Under the pieces are notes generated by a model. It saw only the letters and a list, made by a program, of their open reading frames with translations, had not been told where the DNA came from and searched no databases. DNA of 64,000 bases, taken from Flaccisagitta enflata. Its lineage: Eukaryota. The translations under genes and the position numbers were made by a program. The stretch lies in the NCBI GenBank assembly GCA_965153355.1, contig OZ231126.1, positions 2,232,001 through 2,296,000 on the forward strand, given 5' to 3'. Shown piece by piece: positions 38,337 through 51,759 of this stretch (position 1 is the first letter of the stretch; each line of letters begins with the position of its first letter).

Positions 38337-40359
38337 TAGTCAAATTTTAAACATAAAGTCTGCATATCAATATTAAAGGATAAAATGCTGCAAGTTGAAG
38401 TTGCCGTAAAGCAATTGAAATTATCGTTATGAGGAGAATAACAAAGCCGGATACACGGCAAGACAGTCGCGGACTGTTGGGCAGGGGCCGTAATGCAAAA
38501 ACCGCTTGAAATTCAAAAATATTTGGGACCAACCTACCGACCGACACGGCAAGGTGTAGAGTCGCGTGACCGCGACTAAAAATTCACAAGGTATAAATGA
38601 AAGTTGGACAACATTACTATTAAAACTATCTGGTATAAGGACAAGAGCCTTGGGAGCTCATAAAGATGTTTAATCAGGACCCTTCAAAACTATCCTTTCA
38701 TTTCTTGAGAAAATACTCCCTTTGCAGGAATTATCATGAAACTTTCAAAATGCTCTGTATCATTTTGAAAAGGGTCACCAATTTCTGTCTACACCTGGGA
38801 TATGCAGACTACAAGAAAACACCTGATAAATATGCTTTTTTATTGCAATGTACTCATATGCATCTGTTTGGAAGTTATCCTGCAATCTCTACTCAAAGGG
38901 AAGTTATCCTGCAATCTCTACTCAAAGGGTCGTCTGCAAAATGTTTGATTGCATAAGATTTAACTTTAATTGATCTTATTTGTGTAATAGGTAATAGGTA
39001 AATTCAGATTATCATTTTCTTCCCTTGATATTGCCCAATTCAGATAAAAGTCAATCCGAAGGCTCCGCTTAACATCACCTAGATATTTGATTTCACCAAG
39101 TTGCATATCCGTTTGCATGTCCGTCTGATCAGACTGATTTGCATATGAAATGTCAATCCTTGCAAGGCAGGGGAAGAAGGAGGGGGGTGGGGGTAGAAAA
39201 CTAACGCGGCAAATAGCCTTCATCCAGGCCACATTTTTGATCTAGTCTCCTCTATCTACAATATCTGGGATGGTTTAGTGAACTATTAATCATCTCTTGA
39301 TCAATATGTCAATCAAGAAACCATTTGATTTTATGCCTCATGTGATGCACCATTGGAGGAAGGTTTCCTTATTATGTCTGAAAACTACCGGTATCTGCAG
39401 CTCAATCCACCCTTTCCGCATTTCTTTGATTTTCACGTAACCGAAACATTTTAGCCTTTTTGATGCCGTTTGCATGGAACCACGATCTAGCCAGGAATTC
39501 TTTAATCAATTTGTAACTACAGAGTCTTCATGTAAGCGAACATTATTTTCTTGGTGCAGTACAGACTTACACTGTTATGCAAAGCGACTATGGTGAGGCA
39601 TGAGAAAGATGAAGAGAAACTAGAGAAATTGAGGCAAAGTATGACCAAGACATGTGTCGATGATTGAAAGAATGAATGATTGATAAAATATTTGAATGAA
39701 TGAATATGCATTTTCAACATGATTGAAGAATATTTCTTTTATTTGACCGATTTGCGCAGTACTAACTAAAGTGTGACCTACGTCCTGCTAACTGATCAAT
39801 GAAAAGCCCGGTTTTGCGGCAAATATGTAATTGCATGCGTGTGGGCAGGGGCAGTGATGTATTTGGGCAGGGACAGTGGCATGGATGAGCAGGAGCAGTG
39901 ATGTGGGTGGGAAGGAGCTGTCATACCAATGGGTGGGAATAGTTCTGATCGGAAATAATCATTTTGGCAGATTTCACATCATCCACAAAAGTGGAAAAAG
40001 AAAAAAGAAAGAATAGGAAATGAATGCCTCGAGTTTCATGATTAAGCGGTAAAACAAAAATCTATGTTTCCAGTTAAAAGGCATTCACCGCTGCGATGAG
40101 AAATATCTTTTCAATTTCGTCAATAAAGAAAGGGTGAATCCGTTTTATAAAAAAAAGAGCAACTTGAAGAAAATATGTTCAGCAAGAAACTTTAAAAAAA
40201 TGGTGATTTTAGGTGATTTTGATTGGTAAAAAGGTTCTGATTTTTGTAAAAAAAAGTCCTGAGAACTACAGATCATTTATTAGTTATGTCGTCAAAGAAT
40301 ACCAGTAAAGGCGGCTCTCGCCGACCGGAAAAAAATCGTAAGGGCTGTTTTGTGTGTAT

Positions 40360-41010
40360 GTGACTCTCACCCTCTCTCTCTCTGTCTCCCTCCCGTGCTC
40401 CCTCCCTCTCTCCTTCCCTCCCCCTCCCTCTCTCTCTCCCTCCCTCTCTCCCTCTCTCTCCCTCCCTCCCTTTCCCTCACCACCCCCCTCTCGCTTTCTC
40501 TCCCCCTCTCACTCTCCCCCTCTCACTCTCCCTCCCCCTCCTTCTCCCTCCCTCCCTCTCCCTCCCTCCCTTTCTCACTCCCTCCCTCTCCCTCCCCCTC
40601 ACCCTCTCCCTCACCCTCTCCCTCCCCCTTTCTCTCCTTTTCTCCCTCCCTCAATCTCTCCCTCCCCCTACCCCTCCCTCCCTCTCTCCCTTCTTTTCCC
40701 TCCCCCTCACCCTCCCCCTCCCTCTCTCTCTCTGTCCCTCCCTCCCCCTCTCTCTTTCCTTCCCTTTTCCTCCCCCTCCCCTCTCCCTCCTACTCTCCCT
40801 CTCCCTCCCTCTCTCCCTCCCTCCCCCTACCCCCTTTTCCTCTCTCCACCCTCTCCCTTCCTCCCTCTTCCCCCTCTCCCTCCCTCTCCCACTTTCCCGT
40901 ACTACTTCTCCCACCCTCCCTATCCCTCCCTCCCTCTCCTTCCCTCCCTCTCCTTCCCTCTCTCTCCCTCCCTCTCCTTCCCTCCCTCTCCCTCCCTCTC
41001 TCTGCCCTCT
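40360..41010. repeat. ~650-bp polypyrimidine (C/T) low-complexity tract inside a family C element (40299 to ~41330)
   Basis: Almost exclusively C and T. Confidence 0.95.
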
Positions 41011-44000
41011 GCTGAACTCATTTTTATAGTTATTTAAGGCTCAAAATTAAGATCGATGAAAAATAAAGATCTTTGAGAAAAATGCGGAAAATGTGAAAAA
41101 ATAAAAAAAGATTAAAAAATTCATAGCGCCTAAAGTATTGGTCCGACAGTGCCCTGATTTTTTCCAGAAGGTGTAAAAAAGTGCCCTCTTTTACCCTGTA
41201 CCAATTTCAACCCCAGCCTCGGGCGAGCCTAGTCGTGACTCAACTTCCTCAAAACATCTCAAGCGAAAATGGAAAAAAATAATTCCTGAGCGAAACTCAA
41301 AAAATCGAAAAACGTTTTTCGATTTTTTTCCCAATAACAAATGAAAAAAAAAAGGTACTGTAATTGGCCGGTCAATTCATTCAACATTTTTTGGTCATTA
41401 TCTAGTCTTTACCGATGCCACTGCGATCGCTACTTCGGACACAATCACCGCCGCCCCTGATTCATGGGTATTAGTTATGAAGAACGATTACACCGCGCCT
41501 CAAGCGCTTCAATTCAAAGACGGAAAGTGGAGCAATTTTCGCGATGGATTTGGTTCCCCCAATCAAGGGTAATTAATTGGGACAAATGATCACAGGGAAA
41601 ATTTAGCGATAACAGCGGCTATCACCGACCGGAAAAAAGTCGTGAACCAAGATTTTTTTTCATTGTCAAGACCCCTGTTTCCTTTTTCTTCTCACTCTCA
41701 CTTCTAGCAATTCAAAGAAGCAATGATTACCTGCCAGACTGGTGTTCTTGCAGTCAAATTAGTCAAAATTTACATTTCTTTATACTTTGGTCATTTTTTG
41801 ACTAGTTGATTTGCCAGTTTGAACTAAGTTTTTGGCCGCGTTGGCTGGCCTGGAGCTTTCCTAAATCCACTAGTGCACTCAATTTGTTATTAGCATACAC
41901 AATTATCCTCTTGGGCATTTTAAAGTTCAAACTATCTTCAACTAACATTTGAGAGTGTTTTATCCGGTCGTTTCCTTGGCATTCTGCGCCTTGATTTTTT
42001 GTGTAAACATTGCTCTCCCATGCATTTTTAAGAAAACTATAACTTGAAAAGTCTGCCGAAAATAAGAAAGAAATAGTGCGCGAAAAAAGTTTACAGAAAG
42101 AACCGTCAAAAAATGTTCTGTATTTATTCTTCTGTTTGAAAATCAAAAAATTGCTTGACCTTAACATTTGTGAAAAGGAAGGGTAATACTCCAATCCTAA
42201 GCTCTTGCTCATGCTCAATATCTCATTTTTAGGAAAAATGCGCAAAACGCGGAAAAATTTTATTCAAATTCTGATTCAAATTCAGAGTTCAAATTCAGAT
42301 TCAAATTCAAATTCAGAGTTTTTTCAAAATCAGATTCAAAACTCAACAAGTCATCCAAGGATCGCACATGGTCAGCGGTACCCCATGCCCTGCTTGGAGT
42401 GATTAGCTGAAGAAGTGGAGTGAGAGCAGGGCAGCGGCCCCAATGGGCCGACGTCCTGTAGGACACAGGGGTGAATTTCCTTACGTCCTGATAGGGCATA
42501 TTCAAGGCCTTAGTAGCAATTTTCCATGATATTCAATGGGAATTTGGCATTTTTTTCAATTTCTTGTCAATTTGCCATGTTATTTAATGGGAATTTCATA
42601 TCTTTCGTAGTTTATCAATTTTTTCAATGGAAAACATGCATTTTTTTGTTTTTTTTTGGTAAATTTTCTATGTTATTCAATGGGAAGTTTGCATATTGAC
42701 ATTTTCCCATGCTATCCAATGAGAATTTGAGGCTTGAGAAGCTAAGGGGGGGGGGGACGGATGGACGGACGGACGTACGGATCGACGTATGGAAATTCAC
42801 CCCTGTGTCCTACAGGACATCGGCCCTTTGGGGCCGCTGCCCAAAAAGTAACTTTCGCCGATACCCATTGTTGGCTTTAAAAGAAAATAGTGGCAAAAGC
42901 ATTAGATGGTCAGTGGTGACCAATGCCTCCAAGTTAGTGTGTGTGGGGGCGAGGTGGTAAGAGGGGCAGCAGCCCCAACAAGTCCTGTGACCTATGCTTT
43001 CACACAAGGGGAATTTTCTCCTCCTTCTTCACCGAAATCTGGAATTTGGGACTCAGAATTTGAGCTTCAAGGCTAGGATTTGAGCCTCGAAGATGGGATT
43101 TGAGCCAAGAGGATGGGATTTGATCCCTAAGGCTGGGATTTGAGCCTCAAGGCTGGGATCTGAGCCTTGACGCTGGGTTTTGAGCCTCATGGCTGGGATT
43201 TGAGTGTCAAAGCTGGAATTTGAGCCTCAAGATTGGGATTTAGGCCTCAAGGTTGGGATTTGAGCCTCAAGACTGGATTTGAACCTTGTGGATAGGATTT
43301 GAACCTCAAGGCTGAGATTTGAGCCTTGCGTTGGGATTTGAGCCTCGAAGCCAGGGGGAATGGACAGAGGAGGAAGAACAGGTCACCCAAGGGCAATATG
43401 TGGTCAGTGATACCCGTTGCCCTGCTTTGAGTGATTGTGAAGTGGAGTGAGGGGAAGCAGGGCAGCGGCCCCGAAGGGGACGAAGTCCTGTAGAACACAG
43501 GGGGACTTTCGTTCGTCCTACCTGAAGAAGTTGATGAGATGCTATAGAGGGCTGACTGAAGGCATTCAAGAGCCTAAACTGAGGTTTAAGAAGGCTGATT
43601 TAAGGCCTGAGAATGCCAATTGGAAGCTTGAGAGAGCTGACTTAAAGCTTGAGAGAGCTGGATTAAGGCTTGAAAGGCCAGAGGACTGATTTGAAGCCTG
43701 AGAGCAATAAATTGAGGTTTAGATGGCTGATTTGAGGCCTGAGAGGCCTACTTTGAGGAATGAGAGGCCAGGTTTGAGGCCTGAGAGGCCATATTTGGAG
43801 CCTGAGAGGCCAGATTTGAGGCCTAAGAGGCCAGATTTGAGGCCTGAGAGGCCAGATTTGAGGCCTAAGAGGCTGGATTTGAGGCCTAAGAGGCTGGATT
43901 TGAGGCCTGAGAGGCCAGATTTGAGGCCTGAGAGGCTGGATTTGAGGCCTGAGGGGTCTGAGGGAGGGGGGGGGACGCACGAACGCACAAACGGACGAAC

Positions 44001-44669
44001 GAACCAACGAACGAACCAACTAACGAACGAACGAAAGTCCCCCTGTGTTCTACAGGACTTCGTCCCCTTCGGAGCCGCTGCCCAAAAGGAGGAGAAAATT
44101 CTCCATATGTGAAAGCAAAGGTCATCAGCCCCTTTGGGGCCGCTGCCCAAAAACCAGCTTATTCTGAGCTATGAATATAAAGAAATGTATACTCCTAGTC
44201 AGGCAAGGGCTCAACTTTAAAAAGTGGTCTCAAATCAAATTGGGAAAACACAACGAAACTTTAACGGACATTAGCGCTACGTGCGCTACTTGCCCTAACT
44301 AATACCCGTAGTAATTTAGCCTTTTGCTCACCAGTCAATTTCTAGCGCGTTCAAGGTTACAATTCCTAATTGCGCCAGTTCACCTGAGCCAAATCACGTA
44401 GATTGCGCTACGAATGGAGCGCAACGGATTTTCCTCCTGATTGCCCTAACATTCATGCGCCAACAATTCTTTGTCTGACTATCCTCCCTTGCGCTAGACC
44501 AGAGGCAGAGTCGTCTTAGCTTATTCGAGTCTATCGATTAATTCTTAAGGATTGACGGAGCAGAGAAGGCGTTATTCGATAGTTCTTGTCTCATTACGAA
44601 ATTCGGGGATCGTTGAGCTCACGATGAGTTCGTGATTTTCAATCAAGGGGGGAAAAAGAGAGAAGGACA

Positions 44670-44808
<139 letters not shown>

Positions 44809-45010
44809 TTAAGAGTAAGATCGCCGCATGACGTTTTAGATTGTATGATCGTGTACGCCTTTTCGTCTCCCAAGTCCCAATTTGGTGTCATGATGAGAGG
44901 ACCGAGACATGAGTCGACTCGTTGATCGTTTGGTCGTCCTCTCTCACTTTTCCTTAGGAACAAAAGACACAACGTGATTAGCGAAGAAGGGAGACAGCAA
45001 GCTGTGTCTG

Positions 45011-46140
45011 AACAAGGCCGGATACACGGCCGGATACACGGCTACCCTAGTCGCGTGCGGGTGGGCAGGAGCAGTGCTGGAGAAGGTCACTAAGGCGTCT
45101 GGGCAGGAGCCACATGCTCAAAAAGCTCAAAAACGCCGAAAAAGTAAATACACTTTTTATTTTTTATAAGAACCTAGTTTATAAGAACATCAAGGCTTCA
45201 AATTACCAAAAAATTAAGAACATCTTAAGAACATATGAAGGCTTAAAATTCTAAAAGAAATTTTTTTTCTAATGATAAAACTTTTGAAATATTGATAAAA
45301 TACTTGAAAATAGAAAATGTACAATAAAATTCTGTTATTTCTCATATAAATGCCATAAAAATATCCTTTGACTTTATAATTTAGTATCAATTTTAGCAAT
45401 TATAAATAAAAATACATTTATTTCTAATAGTTGATATTGAATTAAAAGGTTTACTTTAATCTATTTTTTATCTAGAATTAGGAACGCTTTAAGAACATTA
45501 AAGATTTAATTTTGCTTCAAAAATAAGAACATGAAGCCTTTGGAAAAAAAATGACGTTCTTATGAAAAATAAAAAGTGTAGTCGCAAAAGCGTCAGATGG
45601 TCAGCGGTACCAGTGCCCTGCCTGAGTAGGTTGTGCTTGAAGTTGAGGGGGGAGCAGGGCAGCGGCCTCAAAGGGGTCGATGACTTATGCTTTCACACAT
45701 ATGGGGAATCTTCTTCTTCTCCTCTTGAGATTGGGCCTCTTGGCTGGAATTTGGACCTCGAGGCTGAGTATTGGGCCTCAAGGCTAAGATATGGGCCTCA
45801 AGGCTGGGATCTGGGCCCCAAGGCTGGGATCTGCTTCTCAAGGCTAGGAATTTGGCCTTTAGGCTAGGATTTTGGGCTTTAGGCTAGGATTTTGGCCTCA
45901 ATGCTTAGATTTGGGCCCCAAGACTAGAATTTAGGCCTCGAGACTGGAAAATGAGCCTCGAGACTGGGATATAAGGGGGGGGGGGGACGGAGAAGAAGGA
46001 GGAGGAGAAGGAGAAAATTCCCCATGTGTGTGAAAGCATAGATCATCGACCCTTTCGGGGCTGCTGCCCAAAAGGGGACTGACCGACCGACCGACCGACC
46101 GACATAGCGGGGTGTAGAGTCGCGTAGCACGCGACTAAAA
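45011..46140 (+). mobile_element. Family A element split by a family B1 element (45580-46072) and a TA MITE
   Basis: Head AACAAGGCCGGATACACGGC at 45011; tail (GACC)n plus AGTCGCGTAGCACGCGACT at 46075-46140. Confidence 0.75.
45151..45578. mobile_element. AT-rich Tc1/mariner-type MITE (TA TSD)
   Basis: TA|CACTTTTTATTTTTTATAAGAAC ... GTTCTTATGAAAAATAAAAAGTG|TA. Confidence 0.85.
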
Positions 46141-46174
46141 ATCAGGGTTATTATGAGCAATTTCAGCAAGTGAC

Positions 46175-46696
46175 TAAATGCAAAACGAAAGACAGAATAC
46201 AGACCTGAAGACAAGATAAAACAACGTTATCAGTGCTAAAAAGACGCGTCATAAACTTACTTCTTTAGGCCCACTTCGTTGGTTTCAACCCACAGTCTGT
46301 CGAAGTCAAACTAACGTTAATTGTCCGTTCATAAGTTTATCTGCACCAAAAAGATGAGAGATTATTGAAATTAGTGAATTTTAAGGGCACATTCAATCAA
46401 TCACGAAAAATCAATCAATCACTTTAGGAAGCAATGCCGTAAATAAATAAAAAAATCAATCAATCCAAAATTGATGATACGAAAGACGAGTTACGTACGT
46501 TTGGCTACGTAATAAAAACAAATGGCACAAAATACAAGGCGCAACCATATGGTTACCCATCTAGCGTTCATTATGAAAAATGGCGAGAAACAAAAGACGC
46601 TGGCATTGAATAATAAAGAAAGAAGAAAAACCAAAAGCACGCAAAAGAAACAAAAGCACACATACTTAATAAACGGACGGACATACATTTCTAACA
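46175..46696 (-). repeat. 3' LTR (low-coordinate boundary approximate)
   Basis: Aligns to 58515-59037; begins TGTTAGAAATGTATGT on the minus strand. Confidence 0.88.
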
Positions 46697-46711
46697 TTCT
46701 GCCCCATTTTT
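46697..46711 (-). promoter_or_regulatory. Polypurine tract
   Basis: Minus strand AAAAATGGGGCAGAA directly abutting the TGT of the 3' LTR. Confidence 0.75.
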
Positions 46712-46849
46712 GGAATTTCACGAATTTCAAAAATCCGACATCTAGTTTCCAGTCGGGGAAACCCTACTAAAAAACCGATACTACCTTCCTTAAAAAAAAA
46801 ATTTACATAGATACAGCCCCCGCCCCTCCCCCCCCGTCCACCGCCTCTT

Positions 46850-49800
46850 ACATCCCCACCCTAACTATCAACAGATCGACGACTGCACGAATGATGATTC
46901 CCGTCCGGAAAGGATCCACCACCAGCAAATTTTCAACGATCACGATGACGCGGATGGAAACGAGGCGGCGACGAGGAGGTTGAGGCACCCGTTCTGTAAA
47001 AGTTAAGGGAAAGGGGGAAAGGAATCATTTGGAGCACTCCAAGCCTGGGATTTGACTGAAGAGTGGAAAATAATAAGTGGGGGCATACTACTAAACATGT
47101 CATACGAAAGTATTCGTAATAATGACTAAAAAGACCATGTCTAAAACAAACACAACATAAATGTACATGTTCCAAGGAACCAAACAAAACAAGACAAAAT
47201 AAATAAGTTACTAACTATATATAAAAAACGAATCTGCAAAAAGAAAATTAGCAAGCATCAGGGAATCCATTACATCACCTGCGCCTTCTCCATTACAGAG
47301 ATTTACGGTCATTCCGGAAGCTCCAACACCTCGCCAATCCGGGCGAAAGGCGATGAATGATGTCTTCGCTAACGGCGACCGTAGACGAAAGGCGCAGGTG
47401 GTGCAGCCGTCTGAGAATGTATCCTCCCCTAAGGGAAGAAAAAGAAAGAGAAAAATGGGGGCAGATTGATTAGTAAAGTTCTTATCGTACACAGATTCAA
47501 ATTTACCACAAAACCTCAACTTCCAACCCTTCCCAAACCATGATACTTACGCGGGCTTTGCTTTTCGCCAGGCCCCGGGGCGGACGTCCCCCACGCCCCG
47601 GGTAGCGCCCCCGACTTGGCCGGCCTGTCCATCGATGGGATGAGGATGTGATGGTGGATTACGATCCTCAGCGAATGGCGGCGCCCTCCACGCCATGTTG
47701 CAAACAGAAGTTAAATTGAACAGCAACTGGGCGTGGCACCAATCAGCGTTTAGCTGGCGGTCTGATTTTTCCAAGGCCTGGTTCGATTTTTCTTATTTCC
47801 AGGCTTGGGAGCGTCTTTTGCGACAGGATCTGCTGACCGACTTTTTTCTGCAGGAGAAGACGCAGGAGGTGGAGAGGATGCATCGCAATTTGGCGCCAGT
47901 CGAAATTTAGGACGCACAGCGGACGCAGTTTTGAAGTCGACGGCCATAGCCGCCTTGGCGCGTTCCACAGCTTCCTCTTTCTTCTTAGCCTTCATCGCAC
48001 AGGCCTGCTTCTCCGCTTCAAGCTGCTTCTCCAGTTCCACGACCGCTTATTGCCTTTGACTACCTCATTGTCCGCAGCCATTGCTGCTTGACGAGCATCG
48101 TCTCTCTCTTGGATGTTGCGACGAATCCTCTCAAGCTTCCAAGATTTCACGAGCCGCTTCAACTCACATGATTGAGCGACGCAAGAAGTCTGAAGCCTTT
48201 GATAAATTCTCTGTACCACACCAATGGAGCATTTGAGGCCAGGTGAAGAGGTTTCTGAGCAAAATGGACTCGGCGATGTGGTGTCCATGCGCAGGGTCAC
48301 AGGCTGGATCCGACGGGGGAGGCGGGTAGCGAATTTGCTGCAGACCTTGGGCAGACTCGGTTTGCTGACGAGGCGCTACACCAGCTTTAACAGATGCTGA
48401 AGCACCGCCAACTAGTTCGCTTCCTACCGCTGCTTTTGATGGCTGCGAGTGAAAGGAAGACGCTCCTGTCTGCTGACCAGAGACTTGAGGTTGAACAGCT
48501 GACGTCGAAGCACCGCAGGTAGAACCTCCCTTGGTTGCTGCTTTAGCTTTTTTCCAGCTCTCTTGGTCTTCTTCCCTTTTGTTGCCGCTGCCCCAGGCGC
48601 CTGATTCAGTTTCTGGGTTGTTGTATTAACGCTGCTTGGCTTCGACGAACCACTTGAAGCCTGGCCTTTGGGGGTTACTACGTAGGGGCGCCTGGAGGCC
48701 AAGGGGCCTGCTTTTGGAATCTGGCCCTTTTGCTGACTCCGCACATTGTGCGTTTGTGGAGTCTTTCCCCGACGTGATCTCTTCCATTGTTGTGAGGGAG
48801 AACGCCACTTATGTGACCCTGTTGCTGCTGATTTGGGGGATGAACCAATCCAGGGCGCGATTGACGACTTCCTGATGCTGTAGAGCGAATTGCCGCTGAT
48901 GTAGCTGCGGCTGCGTCGAGCACAAATACCGCTGGTGGAGTTGCGGAAGCGTCGACGGAAGTTGCTGCAGATGAAGGTAAAGGTGCATCAGGAGGCTTCG
49001 GAGCCGCATTCTTCCTCTTCGGCGCCTGGACCATGCGACGAACCTCCTTATCATGCCCTCTCCTTCTTTTGCTGCTTTTGGATTTTGCGTTCCAGAGTCT
49101 CCGAGCCAAGCTCTGTTTGATAGGCTTATTGAGCATGAGAGTTTGTTTGTTGCAGCATACTGAAAGTTTTTCAAACTCTTTGAAGAGGAGAGATACTCCG
49201 ACGTCCGGGCTGATGATACGATACCACCAACGCGCCCGCATCCGTTGGTGTTTCTCTTCCGGCGTCGCAGTGTCCACTTCCGGGTCAATGTCTTTCTCCA
49301 CCACCTCCCCCATTCACCAACACCTCCTCCTGTTTCCATCCTCCTCCTCCACTCTTGCTCCATCATTGACCAATCTCTCTCTCTCTTCGCCCCCGCTGCG
49401 TTGACATGCAGCTGCAGACGCTTGATCATGAGACGCTGAGCGACCGGAATCAAGGCAGAATTGGCGAGGCGATGGGCAAATCCACGATGACGACGCTTTT
49501 GTCATGAAGTGTGGATAAGTCTGGTCGCGCCGATTGATCGAGATCCGCCTCTCAATCTCCATCTCTGATGACCACCAATGGAGGAAGCGACGCGGATCAA
49601 CGGCGTGGATGGCTGACGATTTTCCAACGCATCAGCCTTGTTGACGCTTTTTCTTCGCCATTTTTGCGTCGACGACGGAACGAAGGTCGCCATTGAAGGC
49701 TGCCAGCGAGACAGCCTCCTCCTCCGCCCCGAACGACGTCGTGGATGCAGATCCTTCTCGAGTCGAGCCGTCGTTGAAGAGTCGATGGAGATCCAAGGAT

Positions 49801-49950
49801 CCGTACGACGTCGACACGTCGGCCTCTGCCTCGAGACGCTGCTGACGGGACATCTTGACTCCGACGAGCGACTTCAAGATGCGAACTGACTTCGTAGATG
49901 GAATGACGTCGTCAGCGGAAGCTTTGAAATGTTCTCGTATTGAGAACTGA
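46850..49950 (-). pseudogene. Accessory coding region between integrase and 3' LTR, frameshifted, function unknown
   Basis: GC-rich chain of overlapping minus-strand ORFs (49632-50081, 48809-49453, 48678-49313, 48424-48744, 47992-48300, 47750-48040, 47547-47774) separated from pol by an AT-rich spacer. Confidence 0.6.
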
Positions 49951-50199
49951 TAATGGTAAGAACGTAATGGCACACAATATGTACATATAGACAGAGCGAA
50001 TGAATCAGTGTTTTTGTGTAAGTGGAAATGGACAACATAATTGACAAGAGGAAAGATGAAAGCATGGATAATCAGAACCAAATATGAATAATAACAACTC
50101 TTTGTAAATATAACAAGTCAGAGTTTCAATCACTCATATCTATAGTTACTAATGGACAGGCCCATGCGCCTTTTTCTCTCTCTCAAAACTTAGCGTTTT

Positions 50200-51450
50200 T
50201 TATGAGTCCAATTCCAGCCGCACGAAGCTCGTGCCGTCTTTCGTCACGATCTTTCCATCTTGGCGCTGGATGTGAGCCCTCCCGACATGGGCTGATGATC
50301 CTCGATTTCATGACACGTCCTAAACTCCACCAGACGAGGCAGTTGCTGGCCCATGACGATGACTCCTACACAATAACCGCAGCCCCTCGATTCACCATTT
50401 GCTTGCCGTGAAGAAGCGATGAAACATTCCAATTCTCCACGAGCTTCCAAAACGCATCCACACGCCGCTGATTGCGCACGCCTCCATTGAATCTTCGCGA
50501 GTCGGCGCTGGTGAGCGACGCCTTTGTTGCACCAGATCTAGAGGGGCGGGCTGATGTTGATGGATTGAGGATATGATTCGGTGTAGAGGGCCTCAGAGTC
50601 ATTTGGATTTATCATGAGCTTTCGTCAGAGGATTTGCGATTGAGAATTCCTTCAACCGACAACGGCAGTGTTGAAGGTCGACGTTGAGGATGGCGCCAGT
50701 CGAGATGGAAGCAAGATGGCGCTTAAAGAGAGCGACGATTCTCTCCCACACCCTCCATAGTGGGGTGTTCTCGGCGTGATGAAATCCCACCGAAGGCCGC
50801 GCTGCTGCACTGAAGTTGACAGCTGTTCCAAGCTTTCATTTCCTTCTTGAGGATATTATTGGCGCCAATTAGATTCGTTCCGCAATCTGACGTGAATCGG
50901 CGGTCCTGGGCGCCTTGCTGCAAAGCGGATGATTGCATTTACCATCGCATCGGCTGGCATGTTGAAGAGCAATTCCACATGGACGGCGCTGCGGACACTA
51001 AACAGGTTGAACACTGCGATCCACACCTTATGATCAGTACGCCTGTTCATCTTTACAATGAAATGCCCCATGACATCCAATCCAGTCTCTGCAAAATGAC
51101 AGGGGCAGGATTGACGCGATTTGATGGAAGATTGGCCATTTGCTGATTTGCGTTCTTTTTAAAGTTCTCCTGGCATCTGAAGCACGTGTTGACGACGCTC
51201 TTGACAGCCTGAAGACCTTTTGTAATCCACACAAATTGGCGTAATTGGCACAATGTATGCTTTGCACCCGCGTGAAAATCATTGCGATGATAATGGCGAA
51301 TTAATGATTTCACATGCCTCGTTTTTTGGCGGCAGGATGAAGGGAAATTTAGCGCCATGTGCGATGTCGGCGTTTTCCAATCGGCTGCCGACGCTTAATG
51401 ATACCGCCATCGTCGACTAAAGGATTCAATTTCCGCATCTCCTTATTTTT
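50200..51450 (-). pseudogene. BEL/Pao integrase (fragmented)
   Basis: HHCC-type segment LIRHYHRNDFHAG...CFRC, QQMANLPSNRV, RSAVHVEL, SDCGTNLIGA, GVWERIV, TPNHIL, AFWK. Confidence 0.9.
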
Positions 51451-51759
51451 TATGATGAAGTCATGACGGCTTTCTGGTTTTAAAGACTTTTCCCAACTCC
51501 AATTGTTCGAAGACGTCGGAATAATGATGCCGCTGCATTGACTTGACGAGCTGTTTGCGCGCCTCCTCCAAAACGCCTTGCGTCACTTCCGGTTTGGGAA
51601 GGAGATCCTCTGCTGCTCGTGTCTTCGCCCTTGGATACGTCTCCACCTTTTGATTGCGATGAGAACTACAAATGATGATCCGCAACTTATGCATCCATTT
51701 TCCCGAGAAGCTGCTGCAAGAAGTATCGTTGGCCAGCCACTTCTTGTTTCTTTTTCACT

